DNA of 64,000 bases, from contig CAWFAK010000009.1 of NCBI GenBank assembly GCA_963813715.1, positions 288,001 to 352,000 of the forward strand, given 5' to 3'. The translations under genes were made by a program, and so were the position numbers. Under the pieces are notes generated by a model that had not been told where the DNA came from, did no database searches, and was given only the letters and a program-made list of their open reading frames with translations. The stretch's first letter is position 1. Each line of letters starts with the position of its first letter. Source of the DNA: an uncultured Planctomycetaceae bacterium (GTDB lineage Bacteria; Planctomycetota; Planctomycetia; Planctomycetales; Planctomycetaceae). This document shows, in pieces, positions 33,973 through 43,662 of the stretch.

Positions 33973-34129
33973 CGGCCGACGTCCGATCAGGCGGCCCTGC
34001 CCAGAACGCGGAGCCAAAAAGGACGGGATTTCTGCGAGGATGGGCTGGAAAGGTGTCGGAGGGTCGCCTTATACTCGGGAGCACAGCATGACCGCACCCG
34101 CCCTTGAATTTCGAGAGATTCGTTCCTCG

Positions 34130-34318
34130 ATGACGTCCCTGCCAAAACGCGTTTTGTATGCCTCGATGGGGTTGGCAGGGATCGTCGCGGTCGCGTGCGT
34201 TCTCGATTTTGTCGGCGGCTGGACCTTCGCCGGCCATTACGGCATGGACATCATCCTGCTGATCACCGCCGGCATCGTGATCTACCTCGGGATCGACGCC
34301 CTCGCCGAGCAGAAGTAG
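34130..34318 (+). CDS. Small two-TM membrane protein (start 34088 or 34130)
   Basis: Two hydrophobic helices, GC-skewed third-position codons. Confidence 0.6.
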   Translation: MTSLPKRVLYASMGLAGIVAVACVLDFVGGWTFAGHYGMDIILLITAGIVIYLGIDALAEQK

Positions 34319-34370
34319 CCCGGGCTCAGCGCCGCACTCCTGCATGGTCGGATTTCCGCGACCCGTCGCC

Positions 34371-34455
34371 GAGCGGGGGGGTCAACCCCCCGAGAGAATC
34401 CGAAACCTCGACGCGCCTCTCCGTCAAAGACTCGGGGGGCTGACGCCCCCCGCTC
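34371..34455. repeat. REP-like inverted doublet (GAGCGG...TCA...CCG family), between convergent genes
   Basis: GAGCGGGGGGGTCAACCCCCCGAG and CTCGGGGGGCTGACGCCCCCCGCTC; same architecture as 43556-43654 and 49923-50044. Confidence 0.75.
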
Positions 34456-34510
34456 AGATCTCATTGCAACCGGGCGCACGGCAGCGAATCTCAGAGCGAC
34501 GAATCGGATC

Positions 34511-35332
34511 CTACAGGAAAAAGTCCTGCATCAAATCGGCGCCGGGCGATACGGCGTACTGGCCGAAGTCTTGCACGCCTTCCGAGCGGAGCAGGTCTTC
34601 GTCGACGAAGAAGTTACCCGTGCATTCACCGCTCGGCCGCACGAGGATCGCGTGAGCCGCGTCGGCGACAATCTCCGGCTTGCGGCAATGCTTCACCGCC
34701 TCGACCCCGCCCAGCAGGTTCTGTACGGCGGCCGTGTCGATGCCCGTCCTCGGCCAAAGCGCGTTGACGGCCACCTTGCGCGAGCGAAACTCTTCGGCCA
34801 TCCCCAGCACGCACATGCTCATGCCGTACTTGGCCATCGTGTAAGCCACGTTGCCGGCAAACCACTTGGCCTGCATGTTGAGCGGCGGCGAAATGTTGAG
34901 GATGTGCGGGTTGGACGCCTTCAACAGGTACGGCAAGCAAACGCGCGACGTCAAATAGGTGCCCCGCACATTCACGCCGAACATCAGGTCGAACCGCTTG
35001 ATCTCGGTCTCGAGCGTGCCGGTGAGCTGGATGGCGCTGGCGTTATTGATGCAGATGTCGATCCCGCCGAAGGTCTCGGCCGTCTTGGCGGCGGCGGCCT
35101 GCACCTGGTCCTCGAAGCGGATGTCGGCAGCGCACGCCAGGCCGCGCCCGCCGGCCTTTTCGATCTCGCTCACGGCCGTGTGAATGGTGCCGGGGAGCCG
35201 CGGATGAGGGTCGACGGTCTTGGCGACGACAGCCACGTTGGCCCCGTCCTGCGCCGCCCGCAAAGCGATTGCCAGGCCGATTCCACGGCTCGCGCCGGTG
35301 ATAAAGAGAGTCTTGCCTTTGAGCGTGGACAT
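34511..35332 (-). CDS. HSDL2-like SDR oxidoreductase
   Basis: TGASRGIG, PHPRLPGTIH, NNASAI, YTMAKYGMS, NALWPRT. Confidence 0.92.
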   Translation of the reverse strand: MSTLKGKTLFITGASRGIGLAIALRAAQDGANVAVVAKTVDPHPRLPGTIHTAVSEIEKAGGRGLACAADIRFEDQVQAAAAKTAETFGGIDICINNASAIQLTGTLETEIKRFDLMFGVNVRGTYLTSRVCLPYLLKASNPHILNISPPLNMQAKWFAGNVAYTMAKYGMSMCVLGMAEEFRSRKVAVNALWPRTGIDTAAVQNLLGGVEAVKHCRKPEIVADAAHAILVRPSGECTGNFFVDEDLLRSEGVQDFGQYAVSPGADLMQDFFL

Positions 35333-35423
35333 GAGGGGAACCTTCCGGAAGTGGTTGCGAAGTGAGCGCGGAACCGAGCATACCGGGGGGGCGGATTGTC
35401 TGCCAGCAACCACGGCGCGCGAT

Positions 35424-35531
35424 AATGACGAAGCACGAAGGACGAAAGAAGCACGAAGCACCAAAGCACCAATGAAAGATTTCGGGCTTAGGTCATTCGG
35501 GCATTCTTTCGTCATTCGTGCTTCGTGCTTG
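35424..35531. repeat. Heptamer-based dispersed repeat, copy 2
   Basis: TTCGGGCTTAGGTCATTCGGGCATTCTTTCGTCATTCGTGCTTCGTG core. Confidence 0.85.
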
Positions 35532-35933
35532 TCGGCTATCGCGAGAAGCGCTTGTCGCGCGTTGAATGATCTCAATGCGGTTCCCGAAGGGGTCGCGAAA
35601 CTCGAAACGCTCGCAGCCGGGGATCGGCACGCCGGCTTCGAGCGCGAAGCCGCGTTCGGATAGATGCGCTTGCCAGACGGCGAGGTCGTCGACGGCGAAG
35701 GCGACGTGCGCCTTGGTCGCCCGGCGATTCACGCCGTCTTCCGTGCCCACGTGCAGCTCGCGATCGCCGACCGCCAGCCAGAACCCGCCGCGCGGCTTGA
35801 GCGCGTCGGGCTTTTCGATTTCGCTCAGCCCGAGCACGCCGCAGTAAAACTCGCGCGCGGCCGCTTCTTCTCCGCGAGGCACGGTGATCTGCACGTGATC
35901 GATGCCGCGGATCGTCTGATTCTGGCCGCTCAC
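35493..35933 (-). CDS. VOC/glyoxalase family protein
   Basis: IDHVQI, FYCGVLGL, HVAFAV, DPFGNRIE. Confidence 0.9.
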   Translation of the reverse strand: MSGQNQTIRGIDHVQITVPRGEEAAAREFYCGVLGLSEIEKPDALKPRGGFWLAVGDRELHVGTEDGVNRRATKAHVAFAVDDLAVWQAHLSERGFALEAGVPIPGCERFEFRDPFGNRIEIIQRATSASRDSRQARSTNDERMPE

Positions 35934-36044
35934 GTACGCCCCTAGTCCATGCCCCTCGTCCACATCCCTCGCCACAGGTTCGAACGTCCTCTATGGTATC
36001 ATCAACGGAATAAGCCGCCCCGAGGGCAGATTGCGAGGTCGCCC

Positions 36045-37262
36045 GTGTATCGATTGCCCGTGTGCCAATTAACAGTTCGCCGATTGCCTATTCTGATCGT
36101 AGCTCTGGCCGGAATGCTGCTGGCCGGCTCTCGAGCCCACGCCCAGCTCTACGAGGTCAAGCCGAGCCGCAACGATCCGAATTATCGTCGCCGGCCAGCC
36201 ACCGATCCCAACGCCCCGCCCCCCGGCGGTGTCGAGACGCGGATCAACGTCGAGATCTTCGCCGGTGCCGAGAACGCGGGGTTTGAGGCGCAGCGCTGGG
36301 AGTCGACCTTCGAGCGGGCCGGCGTCTACCTGCGGATTCGCTCCGAAATGCCCGGCGACAAGCTGTCGACCCACGAAAAGCAGCTCGGCAAGCTTCGCGA
36401 AGTCACGCTCGTCGGCCAGCTCGAACGAGACGGCTCGCTCACATTCGAGACGCGCAAGTTCAAAGCCGGCGAATCATCGGCCGTGCTCGAGTGGCTCAAT
36501 GAAATCAAGACGTACGGCGCCCAGGGAAGCCCGCGCGGCAAGGCCCTCTGGGGACTGAACAGCGACCAATTCGACGCTCTGTTTCGCGCCCTCGCCGGCC
36601 CCGTCGACCAGGAAGTCGCCGAGCTGCCGCTCGACGAGGCCATTCGCGGATTGGGCCTCCCCGAGGCTTATCCGTTCCGCATGTCGTACGGGGCGAAGCA
36701 AGTCGTCGCCAACTCGCGCGCTCGGTCGCGGCTGCAGTTGCGGGGCTTCGCCCACGGCACCGCCCTCGCCCTCTTGCTCTCGCAATATGGTCTGGGCTTT
36801 CGTCCCGAGCGAACTCCGGCGGGGAAAATCGAGCTCGTGGCGATTCCCGCCGACGATGCGACGTCGGTTTGGCCGACGGGTTGGGAAAAGCTCGAAGGCG
36901 CGTCGCCCGTCACAATCGCCCCGAAGTTGTTCCAGCAAACCCAGGTCGAACTCAAGGATCAGAAGCTGGGCGAAGTGCTCGACGCGATCGCCCAGAAGAC
37001 AAGCACGCCCGTCGTGTTGGACTACGCCAAGATCGCCGCTCGCGGGCTCGACGTGAATAGCGTCTCGGTGACCGTCGAGCGACACCGCTATGCCTGGTTC
37101 ACCCTGTTGACACGGATCACCAGCCCCTCGTTCCTATCGATCAAGGTCTGCTGCGACGAAGCCCGCAAACCGTTCGTGTGGGTCACGCCGCTGAAGAACG
37201 CCGGCGCTGTCCCCCGCCGCCGACCGGCCAGACCGGCCGCCAATGTCGATCCCCTGAACTGA
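36045..37262 (+). CDS. Secreted hypothetical protein with STN/secretin-N-like repeats; start uncertain
   Basis: Signal peptide (AHA); two segments of type VELKDQKLGEVLDAIAQKTSTPVVLD. Confidence 0.6.
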   Translation: MYRLPVCQLTVRRLPILIVALAGMLLAGSRAHAQLYEVKPSRNDPNYRRRPATDPNAPPPGGVETRINVEIFAGAENAGFEAQRWESTFERAGVYLRIRSEMPGDKLSTHEKQLGKLREVTLVGQLERDGSLTFETRKFKAGESSAVLEWLNEIKTYGAQGSPRGKALWGLNSDQFDALFRALAGPVDQEVAELPLDEAIRGLGLPEAYPFRMSYGAKQVVANSRARSRLQLRGFAHGTALALLLSQYGLGFRPERTPAGKIELVAIPADDATSVWPTGWEKLEGASPVTIAPKLFQQTQVELKDQKLGEVLDAIAQKTSTPVVLDYAKIAARGLDVNSVSVTVERHRYAWFTLLTRITSPSFLSIKVCCDEARKPFVWVTPLKNAGAVPRRRPARPAANVDPLN

Positions 37263-37341
37263 AGTCGGGTGCTGCACGACGCGTCGAGGTCGGAGGGAAC
37301 GGCCGAGCCAGGGCCGGCAAACCAGATTGGATGCAGACGCC

Positions 37342-37830
37342 ATGTTCACCGGGTCGGAGATCGTCGAAGTCTATCGCGAAATGGATGTCACCCACGTCGT
37401 GGCGCTGCCGGACAGCACAATCGGCCCGTGGGAAACGGCCATCCGTGAAGCCGGCACTCCCAAGCTGATCCAGGTCTGCCGCGAGGGCGAAGCCTGGGCG
37501 ATTGCGGCCGGACTGTATCTCGGCGGGGCCCGGCCGGTGGTGATGATTCAGTGCACGGGGCTCTTTGAGTCGGGCGACGCGCTGCGGAATGTCCTCTTCG
37601 ATTACAAGATCCCGCTCTTTTCGCTGATCGGCTATCGCAGCTACTTGAGCCAGACGGCGATCCCCAATGACTCGGCCCGCACGTTCACCGAGCCAATCCT
37701 CAAAGCGTGGGGCATCGACTACCGGTTGATCGACGTGCCGAGCAAGCGCGGCGAAATCGTCTCGCATTACCGGCACTGCCAGTCGGCCGGCAAACCGGGG
37801 TGCGCGCTGATTGCCGAAGGGAAGGGCTGA
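37342..37830 (+). CDS. TPP-dependent sulfopyruvate/phosphonopyruvate decarboxylase alpha-subunit-like (ComD-like)
   Basis: LPDS, REGEAWAIAAGLYLGG, MIQCTGL. Confidence 0.8.
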   Translation: MFTGSEIVEVYREMDVTHVVALPDSTIGPWETAIREAGTPKLIQVCREGEAWAIAAGLYLGGARPVVMIQCTGLFESGDALRNVLFDYKIPLFSLIGYRSYLSQTAIPNDSARTFTEPILKAWGIDYRLIDVPSKRGEIVSHYRHCQSAGKPGCALIAEGKG

Positions 37831-37831
37831 G

Positions 37832-38451
37832 ATGTCGCACACGGCGGCTTCCGTCAAACGAATGACGCTAACCCAAGCGGTCGAGGTGCTGCACGCGGCC
37901 CGCACAGGCGAAGTCGTCGTGACGACGATGGGCAGCGCCCGCGAGTGGCAGAAGCTCGGCACAAACCGGCTCGACTTGATCTACGTGCCCTCGAGCATGG
38001 GCCAAGGGACGTCGATTGGCCTCGGCATCGCGCTCGCTCAGCCCCGGCGGCAGGTCGTCGTCTGCAGCGGCGACGGGTCGATGCTGATGAACCTGGGGTC
38101 GCTTGTCACGATCAGCGCGCAGGCGCCGGCCAATCTCATCGTCATCGTCTTCGACAACGGCGTTTATGAAGTGACCGGCGCGCAGCCGACCGCGGCCGCC
38201 CCCTTGCTTCGATCCGATTCCTCGCGCGTCGATTTCATTGCCCTGGCCCGAGCGTCTGGATTCACGCGGGTCTTCGCTTTCGACGCGGCGAACGCTTGGA
38301 AGACAGCCGTGGTCGAAGTCCTGCGCGGTGCAGGGCCGACGTTCGTGTCGCTGCACGTCGAGCCGGTGGTCGACGGCGGACTGCCGGCCTTCGCCGGTCC
38401 TGCCCCCGATCGGCGCGGGCCCTGCAAGTCGCACTGACGCGCGGCGAGTAA
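37832..38451 (+). CDS. TPP-dependent decarboxylase beta-subunit-like (ComE-like); probable frameshift near 38412
   Basis: SMGQG...GLGIAL, GDGSMLMNLGSL TPP motif, DNGVYEVTGAQ. Confidence 0.8.
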
Positions 38452-38463
38452 TCTGCTCCGCCA

Positions 38464-39144
38464 TTACGCGCGGGGGACGACGTACAGAATCACCGCGCAG
38501 TAGTGGCAGACGCTCGCGCTCATCACCAGCACGTGCCACACGGCGTGGAAGTACGGATACTTCTCATCCAGCATCAGGAACAGCGTGCCCAGCATGTAGA
38601 GCATGCCGCCCAGGAAGATGAGGAGCAGCGCCGGGGCCGGCATCACGTGCACGATCTCGTGCAGCGCGACGATCGGGATCCAGGCCAACAGCAGGTAGGC
38701 GCCCACCGACACGTTCCGCGAGCGGCGGAAGCAGACCTTGAAGAAGATGCCCAGGCACGTGAGGCCCCACATCACCAGCGTCAGTCCCCACAGCCAGCCG
38801 TGCCGAAAGTAGGAGAGGGCGAACGCGGTGAAGGTCCCGGTGATCAACAGAAAAATGCACACCTGGTCGAGCATGCGGAAGAAGGTCCGCATGGGCGGCG
38901 TGCGGAACGTGTGCGAGAGGGTCGAGGCGGCATAAAGCGCGACGAGCGACCCGGCATAGATACAACAGCCGACGAACTGCAGCGGGTCGCTGTGCTGGCG
39001 GGCCGAGTTCAACAGGATGGCGGCCCCCACGATGCTGAGGAGGAGCCCTGCTCCGTGGGTCAACTGGTTGGCCGTCTCCTCGGTAAGATCCAGCGTTTGT
39101 GCGCCCGCCTCGGTCAGGCTCCGCGGTTCGACCATGCCCGTCAT
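38464..39144 (-). CDS. Hemolysin III / PAQR family membrane protein
   Basis: EETANQLTHG, STLSH, LDQVCIFLLITGT, HAVWHVLV. Confidence 0.92.
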   Translation of the reverse strand: MTGMVEPRSLTEAGAQTLDLTEETANQLTHGAGLLLSIVGAAILLNSARQHSDPLQFVGCCIYAGSLVALYAASTLSHTFRTPPMRTFFRMLDQVCIFLLITGTFTAFALSYFRHGWLWGLTLVMWGLTCLGIFFKVCFRRSRNVSVGAYLLLAWIPIVALHEIVHVMPAPALLLIFLGGMLYMLGTLFLMLDEKYPYFHAVWHVLVMSASVCHYCAVILYVVPRA

Positions 39145-39430
39145 CGAGGTTGTTCCTTTGGATAAGTTTACGCCGAGCGGCGGACGGAGGGGGGCCGCAT
39201 TTTATTGATATCGGCACTCGAAACCAGGGGAATTGAATGTGAGAGCGGCAACTCCTGACGCCGTCAGGTTTTCAGCACGGCAAATTCTCGCGGATGAGAA
39301 CTGGCCTTTCCGCGAAAGGCGTTTTTGGTTGTAATCCCCGCCCGCTGGCGGTCATGCGGACCTCATTTCGATTGCGTCCGCGAGACGGAGCCGACCGCCA
39401 CCACCCGTCCATTACCCCAGGGGATCTCCC

Positions 39431-42031
39431 ATGCGGATTTTTCTGACGCTGGCCACTCTGTTGGCCTTGCACGCGACCCTCGATTCCGGCGGACTTTATG
39501 CCGGCGACGAACTGCCCGGGCTCACTGAAGGTGCTCTCGTTCCGGCCGTGACAACCCAAGCCGGGTGCGACACTTCGGTCTACCATCTCGAACATGCCCA
39601 CGCGGCCCAGTTGATTGGCCGCGTGAAGAGTTTGATCACCCAGATCTCGGCCTACGCGGCAGATGAAGACGTCGCGTCGCTGCCGAAGTCGCTGGTCCTC
39701 TTGTCGACGACCACCGACGACACGATCATCGCGATCTGCCCCAAGGCCCACGCGGCCCTGGTGAAGCACGCCATCAAGTCGTGCGACACGCTCAAGCAGT
39801 ACGCCGTCAAAGTGCAGCTGTTCGAAGTCGCCGACAACGGCAAGACGATTCCGGTCGGCGGTCCCCACCTGCTCATCGGTCGCTCGGGCAACCTGCAGTG
39901 CGCGGCTGACGGCGAAGCGGTGAGCGTCGATTTCAAAGTCGATTTAGTCACGCCTGCAACGTCCGCGGCGTCAACCGATCCCGCTGAGGGCGAGTCCGCC
40001 GAGGCCGCCGGCAGCGAAGCGTGCGCCGCCTGCGGAACGGCCGGACGCTGCCACCTCGATTGCCCGCCGCCGATCGGCGAAATGGCGGTCGAATCGGGCT
40101 GCGGCGCTTGTACGGAAACGAGCGGCCCCGAAACCACCGCGGCCGAGTCCGCCAGTTCGGCCTGCTGCAGCGAGAATGGCACGTGTACAGCCATGAGCGG
40201 CACCTGCGCGGCCTGCAAGTCGGGCACGTGCGCGGCGTGCAAGACCGGCACGTGCGCAGCCTGCAAGACAGGCACGTGCACCGGCGAGTGCTGCGCTGCG
40301 GGCTGTTGTCATGGCCAGGCGGCTGCCGGTTCGTGCACCGCCAGCGGCTGCAAGTGCGACGGCTCCTGCTGCCACTCCAGCGACGACGGCGAGAGCGCTT
40401 CCTCCACGACCAGCTACGAAGAAACCTCGACCGAATGTCCGGCTTGTCACGCGGGCAAGCAATTCAGCGTCGGCCTGGGCTTCGGCACGGGCCCCGGCCT
40501 GCACCTCGTCGGACCGATCGTCTGGTTCAACAAAGGCACCGAGTCGCGTTGTGCCGCGTGCGAAGCGACCAATCAAATTGCCGATTCGGATGACGGTCAC
40601 GATTTCGAGTCGAGCAACATGGTTCCGCCGGCTCCGGCCGCTCCCGCTGAGGGACAGTCGTTCGTCGTCACGACGGACGGCGCCGGACACATCCTCGTGA
40701 ACGCAACGCCGGGGCTGGTCGACGGCAACATGATCTTCGTCAGCGGGCCGCCGCAGATCTCCTGCTCGCAAGCCGGCTGCGGAATCAACTTCGTCCCGGC
40801 GAAGACGATTTTCGGGGCCCAGGTGCTGAGCGCCGGCGATGACTCTGCCGAAAACACTCCCCCGGGCGACCATTCGGGCTCGAGCTGCACCCACGGTTGT
40901 CCCGCGATTAGCTACGATCACCTTGAATTAGGCCCTAACGACCTGTGCGATCCCGCCAAGCTCCTCAAGAGCAAGGGCAAACTGACCGGGGCCAAGGTGT
41001 TCAGCTTCTATGTGGACGCGGAAAACACGCCGCCGGGCGACCACTCGGGCTCGAGCTGCACGGACGGCTGTCCGTTGGCGGTCACGGGTCTCGACGAGGT
41101 GCCGGCCACGCCGAATGCTCCCTGCAGCTGTGAAGAGCCTGCCGAGGGAACGCAGGCTCCGGGCGCCGAGCCGCCTGCCTTGTTAACCCTGTCGCAGCAC
41201 AAGGACCCGGCGTCGGGCTTGCCGTCCGCGCCAGCCTGGCAGGAAGAATTGCTCAAGGCCTTCCGCGGTCGCCGTCTCAGCGAACTGTTTGAGCCGCAAG
41301 CCGGCCAGGCTACAGGCGCACACGATCTCGGCCGCCTGCTGGCCGAATTTCCCAAGCACCCCGGCATCGTCGCGGGCCATAGCGGCCACAGCTTGACGAT
41401 CGTCGACATGCCGGACCGCGTGCGAATCTTCGAGTGCGACCCCAGCCATCCGGCGACCGAGAAAGTCTCCGAATGTGCCAACACGAGCGTTCTCAACACG
41501 TGTTCCAACTGCCGTGAAGAGTTCCGGGTCTTCCTGGAAGAAATGTTCCGCGGCACGCAAGCCACCGACGAAATCGCCCAGGCCGCGCATCACGAAGGGG
41601 ACGTCAAGGCGACGGAAGCCGCCCGCGACCTGCCCAACGTGACGCACTCGAAGATCGCGGCCGTCACCATCGCCTATCCGCTGCGTGATCTGGTGCTGTG
41701 CGACGACGCCGGCCGGCCGGTCTTCGACACCTGCACGATCATCGATCACCTGCAGTCTGCCGTGGCTCCGGAGAGCTGGTCGCACCCCAGCGTCTCGATT
41801 CAGCTCGATCAGCAATCGGTGAGCCTGGTCGTCAAGCAGACGGCCGAGGTGCATCAGAAAATTGCCGATCATCTGCGCTACCTGCGCCGGCTGCAGGTCA
41901 AGCAGATTTGCGGCCTGATCGAAAAGATGTCGGGCGACGTGGACGACAACAGCGAGCCGACGCCTGCGACTGAAGCGGTCACGCCGACTGCCGACGTCGA
42001 ACTGGGCCCGGCCCTCCCCGTCGGCAAGTAG
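39431..42031 (+). CDS. Secreted protein with secretin-N-like domains and Cys-rich core
   Basis: Signal peptide; N-terminal VYHLEHAHAAQL; (GTCAACK[S/T])x3; C-terminal YPLRDLV...VAPESWS...SLVVKQTAEVHQKIADHLRYLR. Confidence 0.75.
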   Translation: MRIFLTLATLLALHATLDSGGLYAGDELPGLTEGALVPAVTTQAGCDTSVYHLEHAHAAQLIGRVKSLITQISAYAADEDVASLPKSLVLLSTTTDDTIIAICPKAHAALVKHAIKSCDTLKQYAVKVQLFEVADNGKTIPVGGPHLLIGRSGNLQCAADGEAVSVDFKVDLVTPATSAASTDPAEGESAEAAGSEACAACGTAGRCHLDCPPPIGEMAVESGCGACTETSGPETTAAESASSACCSENGTCTAMSGTCAACKSGTCAACKTGTCAACKTGTCTGECCAAGCCHGQAAAGSCTASGCKCDGSCCHSSDDGESASSTTSYEETSTECPACHAGKQFSVGLGFGTGPGLHLVGPIVWFNKGTESRCAACEATNQIADSDDGHDFESSNMVPPAPAAPAEGQSFVVTTDGAGHILVNATPGLVDGNMIFVSGPPQISCSQAGCGINFVPAKTIFGAQVLSAGDDSAENTPPGDHSGSSCTHGCPAISYDHLELGPNDLCDPAKLLKSKGKLTGAKVFSFYVDAENTPPGDHSGSSCTDGCPLAVTGLDEVPATPNAPCSCEEPAEGTQAPGAEPPALLTLSQHKDPASGLPSAPAWQEELLKAFRGRRLSELFEPQAGQATGAHDLGRLLAEFPKHPGIVAGHSGHSLTIVDMPDRVRIFECDPSHPATEKVSECANTSVLNTCSNCREEFRVFLEEMFRGTQATDEIAQAAHHEGDVKATEAARDLPNVTHSKIAAVTIAYPLRDLVLCDDAGRPVFDTCTIIDHLQSAVAPESWSHPSVSIQLDQQSVSLVVKQTAEVHQKIADHLRYLRRLQVKQICGLIEKMSGDVDDNSEPTPATEAVTPTADVELGPALPVGK

Positions 42032-42067
42032 TCGCCGACAGTGACAGTTTTCGACTGACAAAACGCG

Positions 42068-42102
42068 AAGCCCGCAGGAAGACGTTCCCTGCGGGCTTTG
42101 TT
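42068..42102. terminator. Terminator between convergent genes
   Basis: AAGCCCGCAGG/CCTGCGGGCTT stem plus T-rich tail. Confidence 0.7.
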
Positions 42103-42137
42103 CATGGAGGGGCCGACACTCGGCGGCCGGCGCTCCG

Positions 42138-43544
42138 TCAGATGTCGTCGATCTCTTCCGCGATTTCCTCGGCCGGCTCGGGCGCCTCTTCCAGGCTGGG
42201 GGCCGTTTCGTCCGGCTTGTCGCGCTGGCGGAAATAGAGCCGGATCGGCACTTCGCAAAACGGCAGCGATTCGTGCAGCACGGTCAGCAAGTACCGCTTC
42301 CACGCCTCGTCGAACACGGCTGGGTCGTTGCACTTGAGCACAATGGTCGGCGGCTCCGTGCTCACCTGCGTCACGTAATACACCTTCGCCCGGCGATTCT
42401 TCCGCAGCGGCGGCTGATTCTCGAGCAGAGCCTGCCGCACCAGCCGGTTGAGTTTGCCAGTCGAGACGCGGATCCGCGTCTGCTTGAACAGGTTCTGCGC
42501 GAGGTTGACCAGCTTGCGGACGTTGCGCCCATCCTTGGCCGTTAGGAAGGCGACCGGCACGTACCGCATGGTGCCGAAGCTTTTGAGCAAGTACTCCGAC
42601 CAGGCCTCCGTCGTCATCTCGGGAACGCTGTCCCACTTGTTGACGACGAAGATGCACGGCTTATTGTGCGTGGCGATCTCGTCGACCAGTTGCACGTCGA
42701 CCCGTGAAATCGTCTCCTTGGCGTCGAAGAACATCAGCACGACGTCGGCCCGGCGGATGCTGCGCTTGGCCCGCACCAGCCCATAAAACTCGACGTCGCT
42801 GGCGAGGCTCTTCCGCTTGCGGACGCCCGGCGTGTCGATCGCCAACAGCCGCTTGCCGTCGACCTCGAAGCGGATATCGACGCTGTCGCGCGTCGTCCCC
42901 GGCACTTCGCTCACGATCACCCGCTCGCTCTCGGCCAGCGCGTTGATGAACGTGCTCTTGCCTACGTTGCGGCGGCCGACGATCGCCAGCTTCAGCTCCG
43001 GCTCGGCCGCCAGCACCGCCCCCTGCGTCGACTCGACGTCCGACGCGGGCGGCAAGTTTTCGACAATGGCCGTCAGCAACTCGTCGCGGTTGCGGTTCGC
43101 CTTCACGCTGGTGACGATGAGCGGCCCCTCGCAGAGCCGACGGAACTCGTGGACCTCGGCATCGGTCCGGGTCGAATCGCACTTGTTGACGACGAGCAGC
43201 TTCGGCTTGTCGATTCGCCGCAGCCGCTCCGCCACTTCGACGTCGAGGGTCATCGGACCGCTCGATCCGTCGACGACGAACAGCAGCAGGTCGGCCTGCT
43301 CGATCGCGATCCGGATCTGGTCTTCGATCTGCTCGGTCAGGTCATCGATGTCCTCGATGCCGATGCCGCCGGTGTCGATCAGCTCGAAGTAGCGGTCCCC
43401 CTCCTGGACCAGGTGCTCGACCCGGTCGCGGGTGACGCCGGCCGTCGGATCGACGACGGAAATAAACCGACCGGCCAGCCAGTTGAAGAGCGAACTCTTC
43501 CCGACATTCGGCCGACCGAGAATGGCAACCTTGGGAACAGACAT
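42138..43544 (-). CDS. der: Ribosome biogenesis GTPase Der (EngA)
   Basis: Tandem G domains GRPNVGKS and GRRNVGKS, DTGG/DTPG, NKxD. Confidence 0.97.
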   Translation of the reverse strand: MSVPKVAILGRPNVGKSSLFNWLAGRFISVVDPTAGVTRDRVEHLVQEGDRYFELIDTGGIGIEDIDDLTEQIEDQIRIAIEQADLLLFVVDGSSGPMTLDVEVAERLRRIDKPKLLVVNKCDSTRTDAEVHEFRRLCEGPLIVTSVKANRNRDELLTAIVENLPPASDVESTQGAVLAAEPELKLAIVGRRNVGKSTFINALAESERVIVSEVPGTTRDSVDIRFEVDGKRLLAIDTPGVRKRKSLASDVEFYGLVRAKRSIRRADVVLMFFDAKETISRVDVQLVDEIATHNKPCIFVVNKWDSVPEMTTEAWSEYLLKSFGTMRYVPVAFLTAKDGRNVRKLVNLAQNLFKQTRIRVSTGKLNRLVRQALLENQPPLRKNRRAKVYYVTQVSTEPPTIVLKCNDPAVFDEAWKRYLLTVLHESLPFCEVPIRLYFRQRDKPDETAPSLEEAPEPAEEIAEEIDDI

Positions 43545-43555
43545 GGGATCACAAA

Positions 43556-43654
43556 GGCGAGCGGCCGGTGTCAGCCGGCCGGTTCTTTTTTTTCAAAATC
43601 AAAAGACGAAGAACCGGAGGACAAGAACCGGCGGGCTGACACCCGCCGCTCGCC
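43556..43654. repeat. REP-like inverted doublet
   Basis: GGCGAGCGGCCGGTGTCAGCCGGCCGGTTCT and AGAACCGGCGGGCTGACACCCGCCGCTCGCC. Confidence 0.85.
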
Positions 43655-43662
43655 CGGGCCGG

